DNA of 64,000 nt from contig CAYNXC010000002.1 in NCBI GenBank assembly GCA_964401135.1, positions 16,457-80,456 of the forward strand, read 5' to 3'. The translations under genes were made by a program, and so were the position numbers. Origin of the DNA: an uncultured Candidatus Saccharibacteria bacterium. GTDB taxonomy: Bacteria > Patescibacteriota > Minisyncoccia > Phycocordibacterales > UBA9988. Under the pieces are notes generated by a model. That model was given only the letters and a program-made list of their open reading frames with translations. It was not told where the DNA came from and did not search any database. Below are positions 12,652 to 22,924 of the stretch, piece after piece (positions within the stretch are counted from its first letter, which is position 1; every line of letters starts with the position of its first letter).

Positions 12652-13155
12652 TTATCTACCGAGCGTAATCGGGATCTCCATAGCGTCATCGTTCTCTGGC
12701 AAGCCGGAGGCATTACTCTTTTGTAGGATGAGCGAGCCACGGCTGGAGTAGCGTTCCTCTTTTGTGTCAAAGGTGAGTGTGGCGGTGAAGGGGACATAGT
12801 CAGTGGTCATCCAATCACTCTGCGCGGTGGCTACTCCCTGTGCAATGATCCTCCCATCCCAGTCAACAAGCACGACGGGGAAGGTGGCTTCAAAGTACCA
12901 CTGTCCGCGCGCTTCTCCTTTTACCGTGAGTGGACTCGTGATGGAGTCTCCCGCCTTGGGGTAGCTTACGCGAATGAGTTCGCTTTGCATTGGCTCAGAC
13001 ACAGGCACCTCTCCTGTCCTAGAAACATAAAGAAGCCCAATACCTGCGATGAGTATAATCACCGAAATAGGTATGAGAGTGCGTGCGTAAGGGGAGTGGG
13101 ACATATTATCTTTTACGCCCCCATTGTAAGCGGGGCTTTTCTCCGTGCTCTCCAA
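12652..13155 (-). CDS. Secreted/membrane-anchored protein with an Ig-like (Gmad2-type) domain.
   Basis: N-terminal TM anchor, then a beta-rich domain (TVKGEARGQWYFEATFPVVLVDWDGRIIAQG). Confidence 0.45.
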   Translation of the reverse strand: MESTEKSPAYNGGVKDNMSHSPYARTLIPISVIILIAGIGLLYVSRTGEVPVSEPMQSELIRVSYPKAGDSITSPLTVKGEARGQWYFEATFPVVLVDWDGRIIAQGVATAQSDWMTTDYVPFTATLTFDTKEERYSSRGSLILQKSNASGLPENDDAMEIPITLGR

Positions 13156-13191
13156 TAATACTCATACGGTAAAGGAAGCACAAGTTCAATA

Positions 13192-13262
13192 CTGCCGGGC
13201 AGGGACTCGAACCCCAATACCATGCTCCAGAGGCATGTGTCCTACCATTAGACGACCCGGCA
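13192..13262 (-). tRNA. tRNA-Gln (CTG).
   Basis: Reverse complement folds as a cloverleaf with a U1-A72 acceptor pair and anticodon loop CTCTGGA. Confidence 0.8.
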
Positions 13263-13502
13263 ATAGCGTTCATACTCTACCACTTATATGATGCCTTTTC
13301 CATAGCCTTTCACCGCTCGTCTTAGGATAAGAAGAGAGTATAGTGAGTACAGAGCACATTTCTTTGAGATATATTAGACTAGAATAGTACCCAGTTATAC
13401 TCACATATCTTTCTCAAGTAGTACCATTCGCAGAAGTACGCATAAAAGATAATCCATCTGCGCTGGCGCGAGAGGGTACAGTGAACAAGAAAAGAATTAC
13501 TT

Positions 13503-14201
13503 ATGCTATCGCGCACTAGACGAGCAAAAATAGTCTCGCAAGAGTTAAAAAGACTTTTCCCGGGTGAATTAAAAACTCCACTCCACTACCGCACACCTTG
13601 GCAATTGCTAGTCGCGGTTATTCTCTCTGCGCAGTGTACTGACGAGCGAGTGAATGAGGTAACAAAAAAACTTTTTAGGAAGTATAAGAGTATCCACGCC
13701 TTTGCTTTAATTAAGCAAAGCGAGCTGGAGCAGGATATCTATTCAACAGGCTTTTACCGCAACAAGGCACAGAGCATCATCGGTGCAATGCGTGTGCTTG
13801 AGCATCGCTTTCACAGTACCTTACCAAAAACAATCCCAGAGATGCTCGTCATCCCCGGTGTAGGGAGGAAGACGGCCAGTGTGGTGCTTGGGCATATCTA
13901 CGGAGTGGTTGATGGAATTGCGGTAGATACGCATGTGCGTCGACTCGCGCGGAAGTTTGGGTTATCAGAGGAGTATGATCCTGGGAAGATAGAACGGGAC
14001 CTTATGGTACTGATCCCTAAAAAAGAGTGGTGGGATGTCGCCTGTCGACTCAAAGCATATGGGCGCATCTATAGTCCTGCTCGGCAAGGAGATGATGACC
14101 CTATATCTATCTGCCTTCAGCGAGGCAAGAAAAAGCCCCAACGCGCGAGTGCGGTTGGGGCTACAGAAAAAAGATCAAACAAAGATACTAGGCTACATTA
14201 A
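13503..14201 (+). CDS. nth: Endonuclease III family DNA glycosylase/AP lyase.
   Basis: HhH-GPD motif (LVIPGVGRKTASVV), catalytic Lys/Asp context and a C-terminal Cys-containing tail. Confidence 0.85.
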   Translation: MLSRTRRAKIVSQELKRLFPGELKTPLHYRTPWQLLVAVILSAQCTDERVNEVTKKLFRKYKSIHAFALIKQSELEQDIYSTGFYRNKAQSIIGAMRVLEHRFHSTLPKTIPEMLVIPGVGRKTASVVLGHIYGVVDGIAVDTHVRRLARKFGLSEEYDPGKIERDLMVLIPKKEWWDVACRLKAYGRIYSPARQGDDDPISICLQRGKKKPQRASAVGATEKRSNKDTRLH

Positions 14202-16661
14202 CTAATAGACGATCAGCTTTCTTCCGTACATATGCGGGAAGAAGTAGACACTGGGCCATGTGGCTCCGATTTCACCGGGACTCTTACGAGCCCCTCCGAA
14301 GGTGAAGATCCCACCCCACTTATCCAGTGTGTAAAAACCTTGAGGGCAGGATGGCGAGAAATCAAACTCTGTGAAGATTGATTCAGCATCAATCCCGTAG
14401 AGTCCCTCGTCTCCCTCATCTTGAGGTGTGGATGGGTCGTCAAACCCGTTCACGACATAAGGCATGCCGACGATGGTAATGAGCGACCCTGGATGAGCTG
14501 GATCGTCATTCCTGGTGAAGTAGACAGGGTTAGTGACCTTGTCTACGGGTACAGGATGTATTCCCCCCCATCCATCAAAGATAACGAGTCCTCTTTGACT
14601 TGGATGGAGCTCAATATCGCGAGCAATATCAAGTCCGGGAAAGAATGGCCACACATACGATTCTCCATCTAGGAGCTTGAGCGGATCGTCATTGGGACGA
14701 TCCGAGTATGTTCCTGGGAGCACTTCGGTGCCGTTCGCGTCAAGAAGGAATCTGCCCCCCTGACTATCTAGGATAATATACCCCTCGGCTGAATCATCCT
14801 TGTTGGGATTGATGACTGCAAAGGCGACAGCCCGGATGGATGCTCCTCCTGGATTTGGAAACCCAGCATGGCGCATCTGACCGAAAGGGATGTCGTAGCC
14901 GATAGGGAGCTGGTCGGTGTGCGGCACCAAGGCTCCTTGCCCTGGCACCTTCGCCGTCCCAGCTCGGTAGATACCACCAAAGTCGGTAAGTACCCAGAAG
15001 CCGTCTCCGCTCGGCGCGACTGTGAGATCTACTGCGCGCCCCATAGAGAATTGACCTCCCACTTGAAAGAAGAAGTCTTGCGTCGGTGTACTCACCGGAT
15101 TATTGATGAAAGTGGCAACGCCACTCCCATCAATGATTGCAAGATCTTCATCCTCTCGCACTCGTTCAGCATCAATTGCAACTCCCTGAGAGGACGCATA
15201 GCCCCCATTCATCACTGGCGGATTACCCGCCTTGTGTAGACTACCGAAGTTGTCTAGTACATAGAAGCCTCGGTCGCAGAAACTTTGGGTTTCTGTAGGG
15301 GTTGCAGACGGCGTGTTGGTTGGCGGGATAGTTGTACTTGTTGGCGTAGCAGTCGGTACAGAAGTCTTTGTCTGTGTTGCGGTCGGAGTCGGGGAGTGAG
15401 TATGTGTTGGTGTATTTTCCGGGCAACATCCTTTAGCGAGAAAACGACTGGCACGATTGTCCGATTCATTTTCTTCATCAATGAGATTGTCCGGGTCTAC
15501 TTCAACAGTAGCTCCATAACCACCGCTGCATACGGGATGGAATGGATCGTTTTTGATGACCCATACCTTCTCTGTATTTGGAGCGATCTCTCCATCCACG
15601 ACATCTTCGTAGTCTTTACCAAACAAATTGGCGAAGACACGAATATCTTCTACCGCCACAGACCCAGTGTTCATAATGTGAACGCGCAGAGCGTACACTG
15701 TCCAGTCTGCAATACATCCTCCTTCGGGAAATGCTTCCAGATCACTAGAGAGCAGTTCAAACCATGCCGAGAGGTTAGATTTTCCTGCTTGTGTCCCTGT
15801 TGCAGTTGCCGTCGCTGTGCTCGTAGGAGTAAATGTCTTCGTCGTTGTCGGTACAGAAGTCTTTGTCTGTGTTGCGGTCGGTACCCCAGTCTCTGTCTTG
15901 GTCGGTGTTGAAGTCTTTGTTGAAGTTGCCGTCCTCGTGTTGGTCTCTGTCTTTGTTGTAGTGACCGTCTTAGATGCCGTAGGCGTCCTCGTATTGGTCA
16001 CAGTCGGAACTCCTGTGTAGGTCTTGGTCTTACTCGCCGTCTTGGTAGGCGACGATGTAGGCCACAATGTGGCCGTCTTTGTTACCGTCGGCTCCCTCGT
16101 CTCTGTTTGTGTGGATGTGAGGGTTGCCTCCGCTTCTGATGCTGTTTTGGTAGCTGTACTCGTAGGAGTTTGCGTACTGGTGTGTGAGGCCGTGGGGGTG
16201 GGAGTTCTCGTTGCTGTATCACTCGCCACACTTGTTGGAGTGCTGGAAGGCGCCGCGCCTGGGCAATCACACGGGAAGTATGAGAGCCCGTTCTTGGCAT
16301 TATCCGCTCCCTCTGACACTTCCACCACACTATTATCCACATCAACAATGATACGGATGCCGTAGCGTTGGCATGGTGCATCTGTTGGGAGCACCCGATC
16401 AACCTCTAGGGTCTTTGTTTCCCCTGGAGCGAGCGAAGCTATCTCAAAGAATGTTTCTTCACCGTACATGGTGATGAGAACCCGGAAGTCTCTAGCTTCA
16501 GCGTCTCCGACATTTTTGATGACTCCGCTACCGTGATACGATTGTCCCCTCACGAGGCACCCAGTAGCGAAGTGATTCGCTACTGTAACCTGCAAGTCGG
16601 GGAGTGCGTATGCGGCAGAAGTCACACACAATACAACAAGCATCTCAACTATTTTCTTCAT
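14202..16661 (-). CDS. Large secreted cell-surface protein with CARDB-like domains and a long Thr/Pro-rich low-complexity linker.
   Basis: Signal peptide MKKIVEMLVVLCVTSAAYA, CARDB-like VIKNVGDAEARDF segments and TPTPT/TKT repeat tracts. 819 aa. Confidence 0.7.
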   Translation of the reverse strand: MKKIVEMLVVLCVTSAAYALPDLQVTVANHFATGCLVRGQSYHGSGVIKNVGDAEARDFRVLITMYGEETFFEIASLAPGETKTLEVDRVLPTDAPCQRYGIRIIVDVDNSVVEVSEGADNAKNGLSYFPCDCPGAAPSSTPTSVASDTATRTPTPTASHTSTQTPTSTATKTASEAEATLTSTQTETREPTVTKTATLWPTSSPTKTASKTKTYTGVPTVTNTRTPTASKTVTTTKTETNTRTATSTKTSTPTKTETGVPTATQTKTSVPTTTKTFTPTSTATATATGTQAGKSNLSAWFELLSSDLEAFPEGGCIADWTVYALRVHIMNTGSVAVEDIRVFANLFGKDYEDVVDGEIAPNTEKVWVIKNDPFHPVCSGGYGATVEVDPDNLIDEENESDNRASRFLAKGCCPENTPTHTHSPTPTATQTKTSVPTATPTSTTIPPTNTPSATPTETQSFCDRGFYVLDNFGSLHKAGNPPVMNGGYASSQGVAIDAERVREDEDLAIIDGSGVATFINNPVSTPTQDFFFQVGGQFSMGRAVDLTVAPSGDGFWVLTDFGGIYRAGTAKVPGQGALVPHTDQLPIGYDIPFGQMRHAGFPNPGGASIRAVAFAVINPNKDDSAEGYIILDSQGGRFLLDANGTEVLPGTYSDRPNDDPLKLLDGESYVWPFFPGLDIARDIELHPSQRGLVIFDGWGGIHPVPVDKVTNPVYFTRNDDPAHPGSLITIVGMPYVVNGFDDPSTPQDEGDEGLYGIDAESIFTEFDFSPSCPQGFYTLDKWGGIFTFGGARKSPGEIGATWPSVYFFPHMYGRKLIVY

Positions 16662-16919
16662 TTTACCATCCTCCTCTTTCGTCTCCGTCGGTTTTTATTT
16701 GTAGTTGCCTAGCAACTCTGTGTCAAAGACCTGTCTATGCCGCTCTTGCAGCATCCTCCTATTATAGCATAAGCAAATTAGTTTGGCAAGTGGTTAGCCA
16801 GCAGAGAATTGACATCATATTGGAAATATGCTATAGTTGGAAAACCCTGAAAAGGATTGACATTTTGGGGATTTACTAGTAGGGTCGTCGTGTTAGACAT
16901 GATAAAGCTAAAAATTACT

Positions 16920-18158
16920 ATGTATAAGCAAATATTCGCAAGTTCTCTTGTCGCTATCGCGCTCATCGCGCTTAGTGCAGCTCTCATACCAGCTTCACCA
17001 GTTCATGTTGCGCTTGCTGAAGAGGGGTTTTGTGGTGATCAGGTCGTTAATCAGTCATCGGAGGAGTGTGACGGCGGTGCTGGATGTACCAGTGGCTGTG
17101 TCTATGCCTTCTGCGGTGACGGAGTAGTGAATCAGGCGGCAGAGCAATGCGATGGTACTTCTGGAGTAACATCTGGTTTTAAATGCACCAGCGGCTGTAT
17201 TCTTACACCCGTGTCTGAAGCTCCATTTTGTGGAGATGGTATCGTGAACCAGCCTGACGAGAAATGTGACGGCGGTGCAAACTGTACCAGTGGCTGTCTT
17301 CTCAAAGAGGAAGGTGGTAATGGTGGTGGCGGTGGTGGGGGAGGTGGAGGTGGAGGTTCAAGTGGCGGCTCCTCATATCCTCGTCTCTCTGTTGCACAGA
17401 ACGGCGCTGTTCCCCAGGTTCGCGCTAATTCCAATACCGTCGGTTCTCTCTCTATCCGTAACTACGGCAGAGTGACTGCTCAGAATGTTGAGATATCCAT
17501 TGCTTCTCTCCCTGTAGGATTCTCTTACAACGGAAAAACTGCGGTTATCTCCACTTCTACTGTGTGGGTCATTACTAGCAATGATTTTACTAGCTCCACA
17601 GGGAGTGGATGGTTGTATCCTCGCCTCTGGCGCATCGGCAACCGACCGAATGGCGATATAGCGATCATGAACATTCCTCTTACTGTTGGTCCGAGCGTAA
17701 AGCCGGGGACCTACGAGATTAGAGTGAATGCTCACATCAGTAACGCAATGGTGATCGACAGAAATGTTCCTGCAACATTTAAGATTACTGTCGTTGCTGG
17801 GGCAACCCCTGTGGTAAAAGTTCCTGCTAAGACAGTCGTGAAGGCTCCCGCTAAGAAGCAGGTCGCGGCAGTTACCAAGCCCGCTGTGAAGCCTAAGGCG
17901 ACTTCAACCATCTGTATCCCGACAGACGAGTATGCTGCACTTATGGCGGCATCAACAACTAGTGTTGTCACCGAGCCTACGAATGCACTTGCCGCCCTCG
18001 GTCTTCTCTTTGACCTTGGGACGGGGAGTCCGTGCTTCGGCCTCCTCGTGCTCCTTCTGATTATTCTCGCGGTAATTATTGCCATCCGGCTCATCTTCCA
18101 CTATATGGATGCTGGGACTGATGGAGCTCCGCACAATCAGATGCCACTCATCAAGTAA
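16920..18158 (+). CDS. Surface-anchored protein with four Cys-rich repeats (CGDGVVNQ..E.CDGG, Myxococcus-type), a poly-Gly linker, a CARDB-like domain, a Lys/Ala/Pro-rich stalk and a C-terminal TM anchor.
   Basis: Four CGD(Q/G)VVNQ..E(E/Q)CDG repeats, a G14 run, and a C-terminal LLVLLLIILAVIIAIRLIF anchor. Start assigned to MYKQ (signal peptide) inside the longer track ORF. Confidence 0.65.
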   Translation: MYKQIFASSLVAIALIALSAALIPASPVHVALAEEGFCGDQVVNQSSEECDGGAGCTSGCVYAFCGDGVVNQAAEQCDGTSGVTSGFKCTSGCILTPVSEAPFCGDGIVNQPDEKCDGGANCTSGCLLKEEGGNGGGGGGGGGGGGSSGGSSYPRLSVAQNGAVPQVRANSNTVGSLSIRNYGRVTAQNVEISIASLPVGFSYNGKTAVISTSTVWVITSNDFTSSTGSGWLYPRLWRIGNRPNGDIAIMNIPLTVGPSVKPGTYEIRVNAHISNAMVIDRNVPATFKITVVAGATPVVKVPAKTVVKAPAKKQVAAVTKPAVKPKATSTICIPTDEYAALMAASTTSVVTEPTNALAALGLLFDLGTGSPCFGLLVLLLIILAVIIAIRLIFHYMDAGTDGAPHNQMPLIK

Positions 18159-18215
18159 AGTAACTCCAACAAACATAAAGACCCGCTTCAAGAGCGGGCT
18201 TTTATGTTGCGCGGC

Positions 18216-18665
18216 TTAAAACAGCGACTCTACAATTTTTTTAACTTCTGTCCCATCCGCATTTCCACCGAGCTCTTTCATGACCGCGCCAACGAGGATC
18301 CCGACTTTACCCGTGTCACTCATCCCCAGTTCCGCCTTTTTCGCTTCTGCAATGCGGCGGATATCATCCTCTCCCGCATTCTTGGGGAGTAAGGGTTCAA
18401 TATAAGTAAGCTCCTTTTCCTCTTGTGCTACCAGGTCGGCACGGCCACCTGCCGAGAATTGCGCAATGGAATCTTTATGTTGCTTGACTGCCCGTCTAAT
18501 GACGCGTAGTGCCAGCTCATCTGGCACGGGACTGTCGGGCGCTTTTTTTTCCGCAACCAGCTCGTTGGTGAAGGCGGCAAGGAGTGACCTCAAGGTATTG
18601 ACCTTAGTTGTATCCTTCTGTCTCATTGCCTCCTTCATATCATTTTTGACGCTTTCTTGTATCAT
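18216..18665 (-). CDS. GatB/YqeY domain protein.
   Basis: 149 aa with a YqeY-like helical profile (MKEAMRQKD...GKVGILVGAVMKELGGNADG). Confidence 0.75.
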   Translation of the reverse strand: MIQESVKNDMKEAMRQKDTTKVNTLRSLLAAFTNELVAEKKAPDSPVPDELALRVIRRAVKQHKDSIAQFSAGGRADLVAQEEKELTYIEPLLPKNAGEDDIRRIAEAKKAELGMSDTGKVGILVGAVMKELGGNADGTEVKKIVESLF

Positions 18666-18686
18666 AGGTAATCATTCTAGCATCCT

Positions 18687-21656
18687 ATGCGTACACAGAA
18701 AAGCACCTTCTCTAAACTTTACACGGCGCTCAATTCACGCCAGCGCGAGGCCGTGGACGCGATAGAGGGTCCAGTAATTGTGATAGCGGGGCCTGGGACG
18801 GGGAAGACGCAGGTATTGACGCTGCGCATTGCAAATATATTGAAAGAGACCGATGTGGGGCCGGAGGCAATCCTTGCTCTTACCTTTACCCAGTCAGCGG
18901 TTGCCACGATGCGTGCTCGTCTTGCCGAGATTGTAGGGAGCGCCGCCTACCGTGTACACATGTACACCTTCCACGGCTTTGCCAACTCCATCATTAAGCG
19001 TTACCCCGAGTACTTCCCGCGGATTATCGGATCGCGTACCGCAGATCGCATAGACTCGCTCCGTATTGTGGAGCAGGCGGTACTCACTCGCAGGCTTAAG
19101 GCAATTAAACCTTTCGGTAACCCGCTCTACTATGTGAGCTCCATTGTCCGAGCCATTGAAACATTAAAACGAGAAAATATCTCTCCTTCCGTATTTGCCG
19201 CACTTCTGCGTGCGGAGGAGCGAACACTTAAGCAAGGTGTGCCAAAAGGAATCCGCGCATCAGCGTGGGCTTCTCGTCTCAAACGCCATGAACGGAATCG
19301 CGAACTCATACTGGTGTACCGTGCCTACGAGGAGACGCTCAAGCGCGAACGACTCTACGATTACGGTGATATGATCATGGAAGTGGTGCGCGTACTCTCT
19401 GAAGAGAAGGATCTCCTCCTCTCTCTACAAGAAGAGTACATCTATATTCTTGCTGACGAGCACCAAGACGCAAATCAAGCGCAAAATAAAATATTGGAAT
19501 TACTCGGTAGCTTTCACGAGAATCCAAATCTCTTTATCGTGGGAGATGAGAAGCAGGCAATCTACCAATTCCAGGGTGCCTCGCTGGACAACTTTCTCTA
19601 CTTTACCAAACGCTTCCCAACAGCAAAGATTATTGAGCTCTCTGATAATTACCGCTCTACGCAAACCATCCTTGATGCGGCGCACTCACTTGCTAATGCC
19701 GCACCGCCGGACAGCCGCTTAAGTACAGCGCGACTTACCGCAAAGAAGATGAAGGGGGAGGATCCTATCTCCCTTCTCTCTATCCCGCGGGGTGATGAGG
19801 AGCCTAAGTACATTGCTGGAAAGATCAAGGCACTCATCACTCATGGCGTCCCAGCAGAAGAGATTGCGGTGCTCTACCGAGATAACGGTGATATGGCGCC
19901 TTTTGCATCAGCACTTGCCACAGAGGGAATAGAGACGCTAATCAGTTCAGACACAGATGTACTGGACGACCCTGCACTCAAGGAGCTCCTCATCCTTTTG
20001 TATGGCGCAGAGTATATGGATGAAGATAAGCGCCTTGCAGAACTCCTCTGCCTCCCGCTCACACAGGTGCCTGCGCATATACGCTATGCACTCTACGCGT
20101 ATGCGGCTGACGCAAAGATGCCTCTCTACCGAGTTCTTGCCCACGCGGATCAGGTAACTACTCTGCGTGAAGAGGAGGTGAAAGAGGCGCTACATTTTTC
20201 TCGGAAATTGTCACAGATGAATGCCATCGCACACACCTATGCGCTCCCTGCAAGTGTGGATTGGCTTATTAATAAGAGCGGTTACCGAGAAGCAGTCCTT
20301 ACCTCCACGACTGACGCAAGCGCGACATTGGAAAGACTTTCTAGCTTCTTTGCGGAACTGAAGCACTATGCAGAGCGCTACCCTAACCACAAACTAAAAG
20401 AATTTCTTGAGTATATCACCGCGATACAGAATCACGGTCTCTCTATACCCGAGCGCACGGTAGGGAAGCGCGGTGTCCGTCTCATGACGATGCACCGATC
20501 AAAAGGGCTTGAGTTTGATGTCGTGTTTATTGTCCGAGCCTTCCACGGACATGTGGGTGGGCGCGCCTCGCGTGAGCGTTTTGACTTACCGTTGCGTGGG
20601 AGTGCCTTAGGAGAGAGGATAGGAGTAGACGACGAGCGGAGACTCTTTTATGTGGCACTTACGCGGGCGCGTAAGCAAGCACTCCTCTCCTACAGCAGTA
20701 GTGCAGAGGATGGAACCGCACTTTTGCCAACCCAGTTTGTCTCGGAGTTGGATCAGCTTTACCTAGCTTCTTCTCAAGTTATATTAAAAAAAGAAAAAAA
20801 TAAGACCTTGGCTCCTCTCTCATACACTATACGGCCGGCTCATACTGTGCCGGATAGGGAATACCTACGGACACTCTTTTTGGAACGAGGATTCTCGGTC
20901 ACACATCTCAATAATTACCGGAGCTGTCCGTGGAAATACTTTTTTGTGAATCTCTTACGCATCCCAGAGGCAAAGAGTAAACACCTTATTTACGGGAGTG
21001 CAATCCATGCCGCGCTCAAAGAGCTGTACGGTAGTGTGGGGAGGGGAGGAAAGATCTCTCTCACTCGCGTCGTCCATGTGTTTGAAGAGCTTGTAGCACA
21101 AGCCCCTATCTTGCCCATAGAGCGTGAGGAACTCCTCGCTAAAGGGCGTGCGGCGCTCCGCGGTTATGTACAGACTCATCAAGGCGCGCTACCGAAAGAG
21201 GTGCGCACTGAGTACGCAGTACGAGGGATACCTTTCCCTATTGATGGAAAAGATGTAGTGCGTTTAAACGGTGTGCTGGACAGGATCACACTGCTACCGG
21301 ATGGGACGGTACTGGTGAGCGATTACAAGACTGGACACTATAAAACACATAATGAACTCCTTGGTAAAACAAAAAATGCGGACGGGAACTACTGGCGTCA
21401 ATTAGTGTTTTATAAACTACTCTTGGATACGCAAGGCGTCTTTACAATGAAAGATGGGGAGATTGTCTTTGTGGAGCCGGATGAAAAGGGCCGCTATCGT
21501 AGTGAGCGTTTTACCATTACACTGGAGGATGTGGAGATACTGAAAACAGAATTAACGACAGTACTCAATGATATTGCTACGCTCGCATTCTGGGATCGTA
21601 GTTGCTCCGACCCTGACTGTGAGTACTGCACACTCGCGCAGTTGATGAAAAAATAA
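18687..21656 (+). CDS. UvrD/PcrA-family SF1 helicase fused to a C-terminal PD-(D/E)XK (RecB/Cas4-like) nuclease with a Cys cluster.
   Basis: Walker A GPGTGKTQV, helicase motifs through DEHQD. C-terminal domain has Cys residues before and after the nuclease core (RSCPWKYF ... CSDPDCEYC). Confidence 0.85.
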   Translation: MRTQKSTFSKLYTALNSRQREAVDAIEGPVIVIAGPGTGKTQVLTLRIANILKETDVGPEAILALTFTQSAVATMRARLAEIVGSAAYRVHMYTFHGFANSIIKRYPEYFPRIIGSRTADRIDSLRIVEQAVLTRRLKAIKPFGNPLYYVSSIVRAIETLKRENISPSVFAALLRAEERTLKQGVPKGIRASAWASRLKRHERNRELILVYRAYEETLKRERLYDYGDMIMEVVRVLSEEKDLLLSLQEEYIYILADEHQDANQAQNKILELLGSFHENPNLFIVGDEKQAIYQFQGASLDNFLYFTKRFPTAKIIELSDNYRSTQTILDAAHSLANAAPPDSRLSTARLTAKKMKGEDPISLLSIPRGDEEPKYIAGKIKALITHGVPAEEIAVLYRDNGDMAPFASALATEGIETLISSDTDVLDDPALKELLILLYGAEYMDEDKRLAELLCLPLTQVPAHIRYALYAYAADAKMPLYRVLAHADQVTTLREEEVKEALHFSRKLSQMNAIAHTYALPASVDWLINKSGYREAVLTSTTDASATLERLSSFFAELKHYAERYPNHKLKEFLEYITAIQNHGLSIPERTVGKRGVRLMTMHRSKGLEFDVVFIVRAFHGHVGGRASRERFDLPLRGSALGERIGVDDERRLFYVALTRARKQALLSYSSSAEDGTALLPTQFVSELDQLYLASSQVILKKEKNKTLAPLSYTIRPAHTVPDREYLRTLFLERGFSVTHLNNYRSCPWKYFFVNLLRIPEAKSKHLIYGSAIHAALKELYGSVGRGGKISLTRVVHVFEELVAQAPILPIEREELLAKGRAALRGYVQTHQGALPKEVRTEYAVRGIPFPIDGKDVVRLNGVLDRITLLPDGTVLVSDYKTGHYKTHNELLGKTKNADGNYWRQLVFYKLLLDTQGVFTMKDGEIVFVEPDEKGRYRSERFTITLEDVEILKTELTTVLNDIATLAFWDRSCSDPDCEYCTLAQLMKK

Positions 21657-21667
21657 ATTATTTATCG

Positions 21668-21748
21668 TCAGAATACTGTTCATTTTTCTCGCGCTTTACC
21701 CACTTCTGTGGGCTCCGACGCGCCTCAAAAAATGAACAGTATTCTTTT
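21668..21748. terminator. Long bidirectional hairpin between the convergent helicase and MFS genes.
   Basis: An 18-bp perfect inverted repeat AGAATACTGTTCATTTTT / AAAAATGAACAGTATTCT encloses a GC-rich inner hairpin and is followed by a T-run. Confidence 0.5.
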
Positions 21749-21749
21749 T

Positions 21750-22916
21750 TTATCGCGTGTCAGTAAGTGATAGAGCGAAGCGGATACTTACAAGGAGTAC
21801 TACGCCGAGTATAAAAAAGAGTGAGGGGATGAGCGTAACGGTAAGTACAAGCGCGGCAAGGAGCGGTGCAATGACATACGAGAGCGGCATCATATTCCGT
21901 GAGAGAGCAATGATTGCGGTATCGTGTCCATCAACATGCTTAAAGAGGTAACTCTCCTTCATCACCTCTAAGAAGCTTGCCCCAACGCGCGAAAGAAAGA
22001 GTATCCCCATCCACACGAGCACACTGCTTGAGTCGGTAGACCACACAAGAAAGCTTGCAAAAGACATCATCAAGAGTCCCGCAACCATAAACTCTTGTTC
22101 ACCAGTGTAGCGGTCTGCCAAGCTCCCCAATACATACTGAAAGAGGACAAAGGGAGTGAGCATCACTGTGAAGATGAGTCCGAGTTGTTCCCACGAGAGG
22201 CCGAGCGAGCGCAGGTAGAGAGGAATGTAGATAACCATAATGGCGTAGAACACATTGAGCATGAGATCCAAGAGGAGCGCGTTGTAAACATTTCGCGTGT
22301 GGCCAGTACGGCCTCGGATGATGCGCATAAACGCTCGCGCGAGAGAAGGGGTGTGGATCGGGGCACCTTCTTTTCCGTCTCGCGTGGTACTCCACAAAGC
22401 AATGAGCGTGGCGATGAGTGCCATACTTGCGGCTGTAAGGTACACGAGCGAGATCGTCTGTGTTGCAAGCACTCCTGCGAGAAAAGGGGAGAGAAGCCAC
22501 GCTGTATTGACGACGGTGAGGTAAAGCCCGCGTATCCTACCCGTCTTAGTATCTACCGAGAGTTGTTCAAGCCGTAGATCTAACGAGAACATCGTGATTA
22601 TGCCAAGCGCATAGAAGACGATGAAGGCAAGGGTTGAGAAAAGAGGAGAAGTAGAGCCGTAGAGTACCAGGAGCGCCGCTGCCGTCGCTACCATCAAGAG
22701 CGTTGCTAAGTGTTGGACGCCAAGTTTGGTAAGGATGTGCGGGAGCGCGCTCATAGAGACGATAGTGATGAGCGCGGCGATCGTGTACACATAGCCGACT
22801 ACAGTCTCACCAACAAGCGGAGAGAGGTATGAGGAGCCAACATAAGCAGAGAGTGCCATGGTGGCCGCAAAGAAAAAACCAGTCACATGGAGCAGGGAAA
22901 TATTTTTTGAACGCAT
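21750..22916 (-). CDS. MFS transporter.
   Basis: 12-TM profile, 388 aa. Confidence 0.7.
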   Translation of the reverse strand: MRSKNISLLHVTGFFFAATMALSAYVGSSYLSPLVGETVVGYVYTIAALITIVSMSALPHILTKLGVQHLATLLMVATAAALLVLYGSTSPLFSTLAFIVFYALGIITMFSLDLRLEQLSVDTKTGRIRGLYLTVVNTAWLLSPFLAGVLATQTISLVYLTAASMALIATLIALWSTTRDGKEGAPIHTPSLARAFMRIIRGRTGHTRNVYNALLLDLMLNVFYAIMVIYIPLYLRSLGLSWEQLGLIFTVMLTPFVLFQYVLGSLADRYTGEQEFMVAGLLMMSFASFLVWSTDSSSVLVWMGILFLSRVGASFLEVMKESYLFKHVDGHDTAIIALSRNMMPLSYVIAPLLAALVLTVTLIPSLFFILGVVLLVSIRFALSLTDTR

Positions 22917-22924
22917 CTCCCTTA

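Noticed and set aside
15285-16402. Plus-strand ORFs 15285..15911, 15817..16020 and 16024..16365, and minus-strand ORF 16082..16402.
   Set aside because: They are antisense or out-of-frame readings of the Thr/Pro-rich repeat tract of the 819-aa minus-strand surface protein. The repeat sequence keeps alternative frames open with low-complexity products (VGT.V.V repeats).
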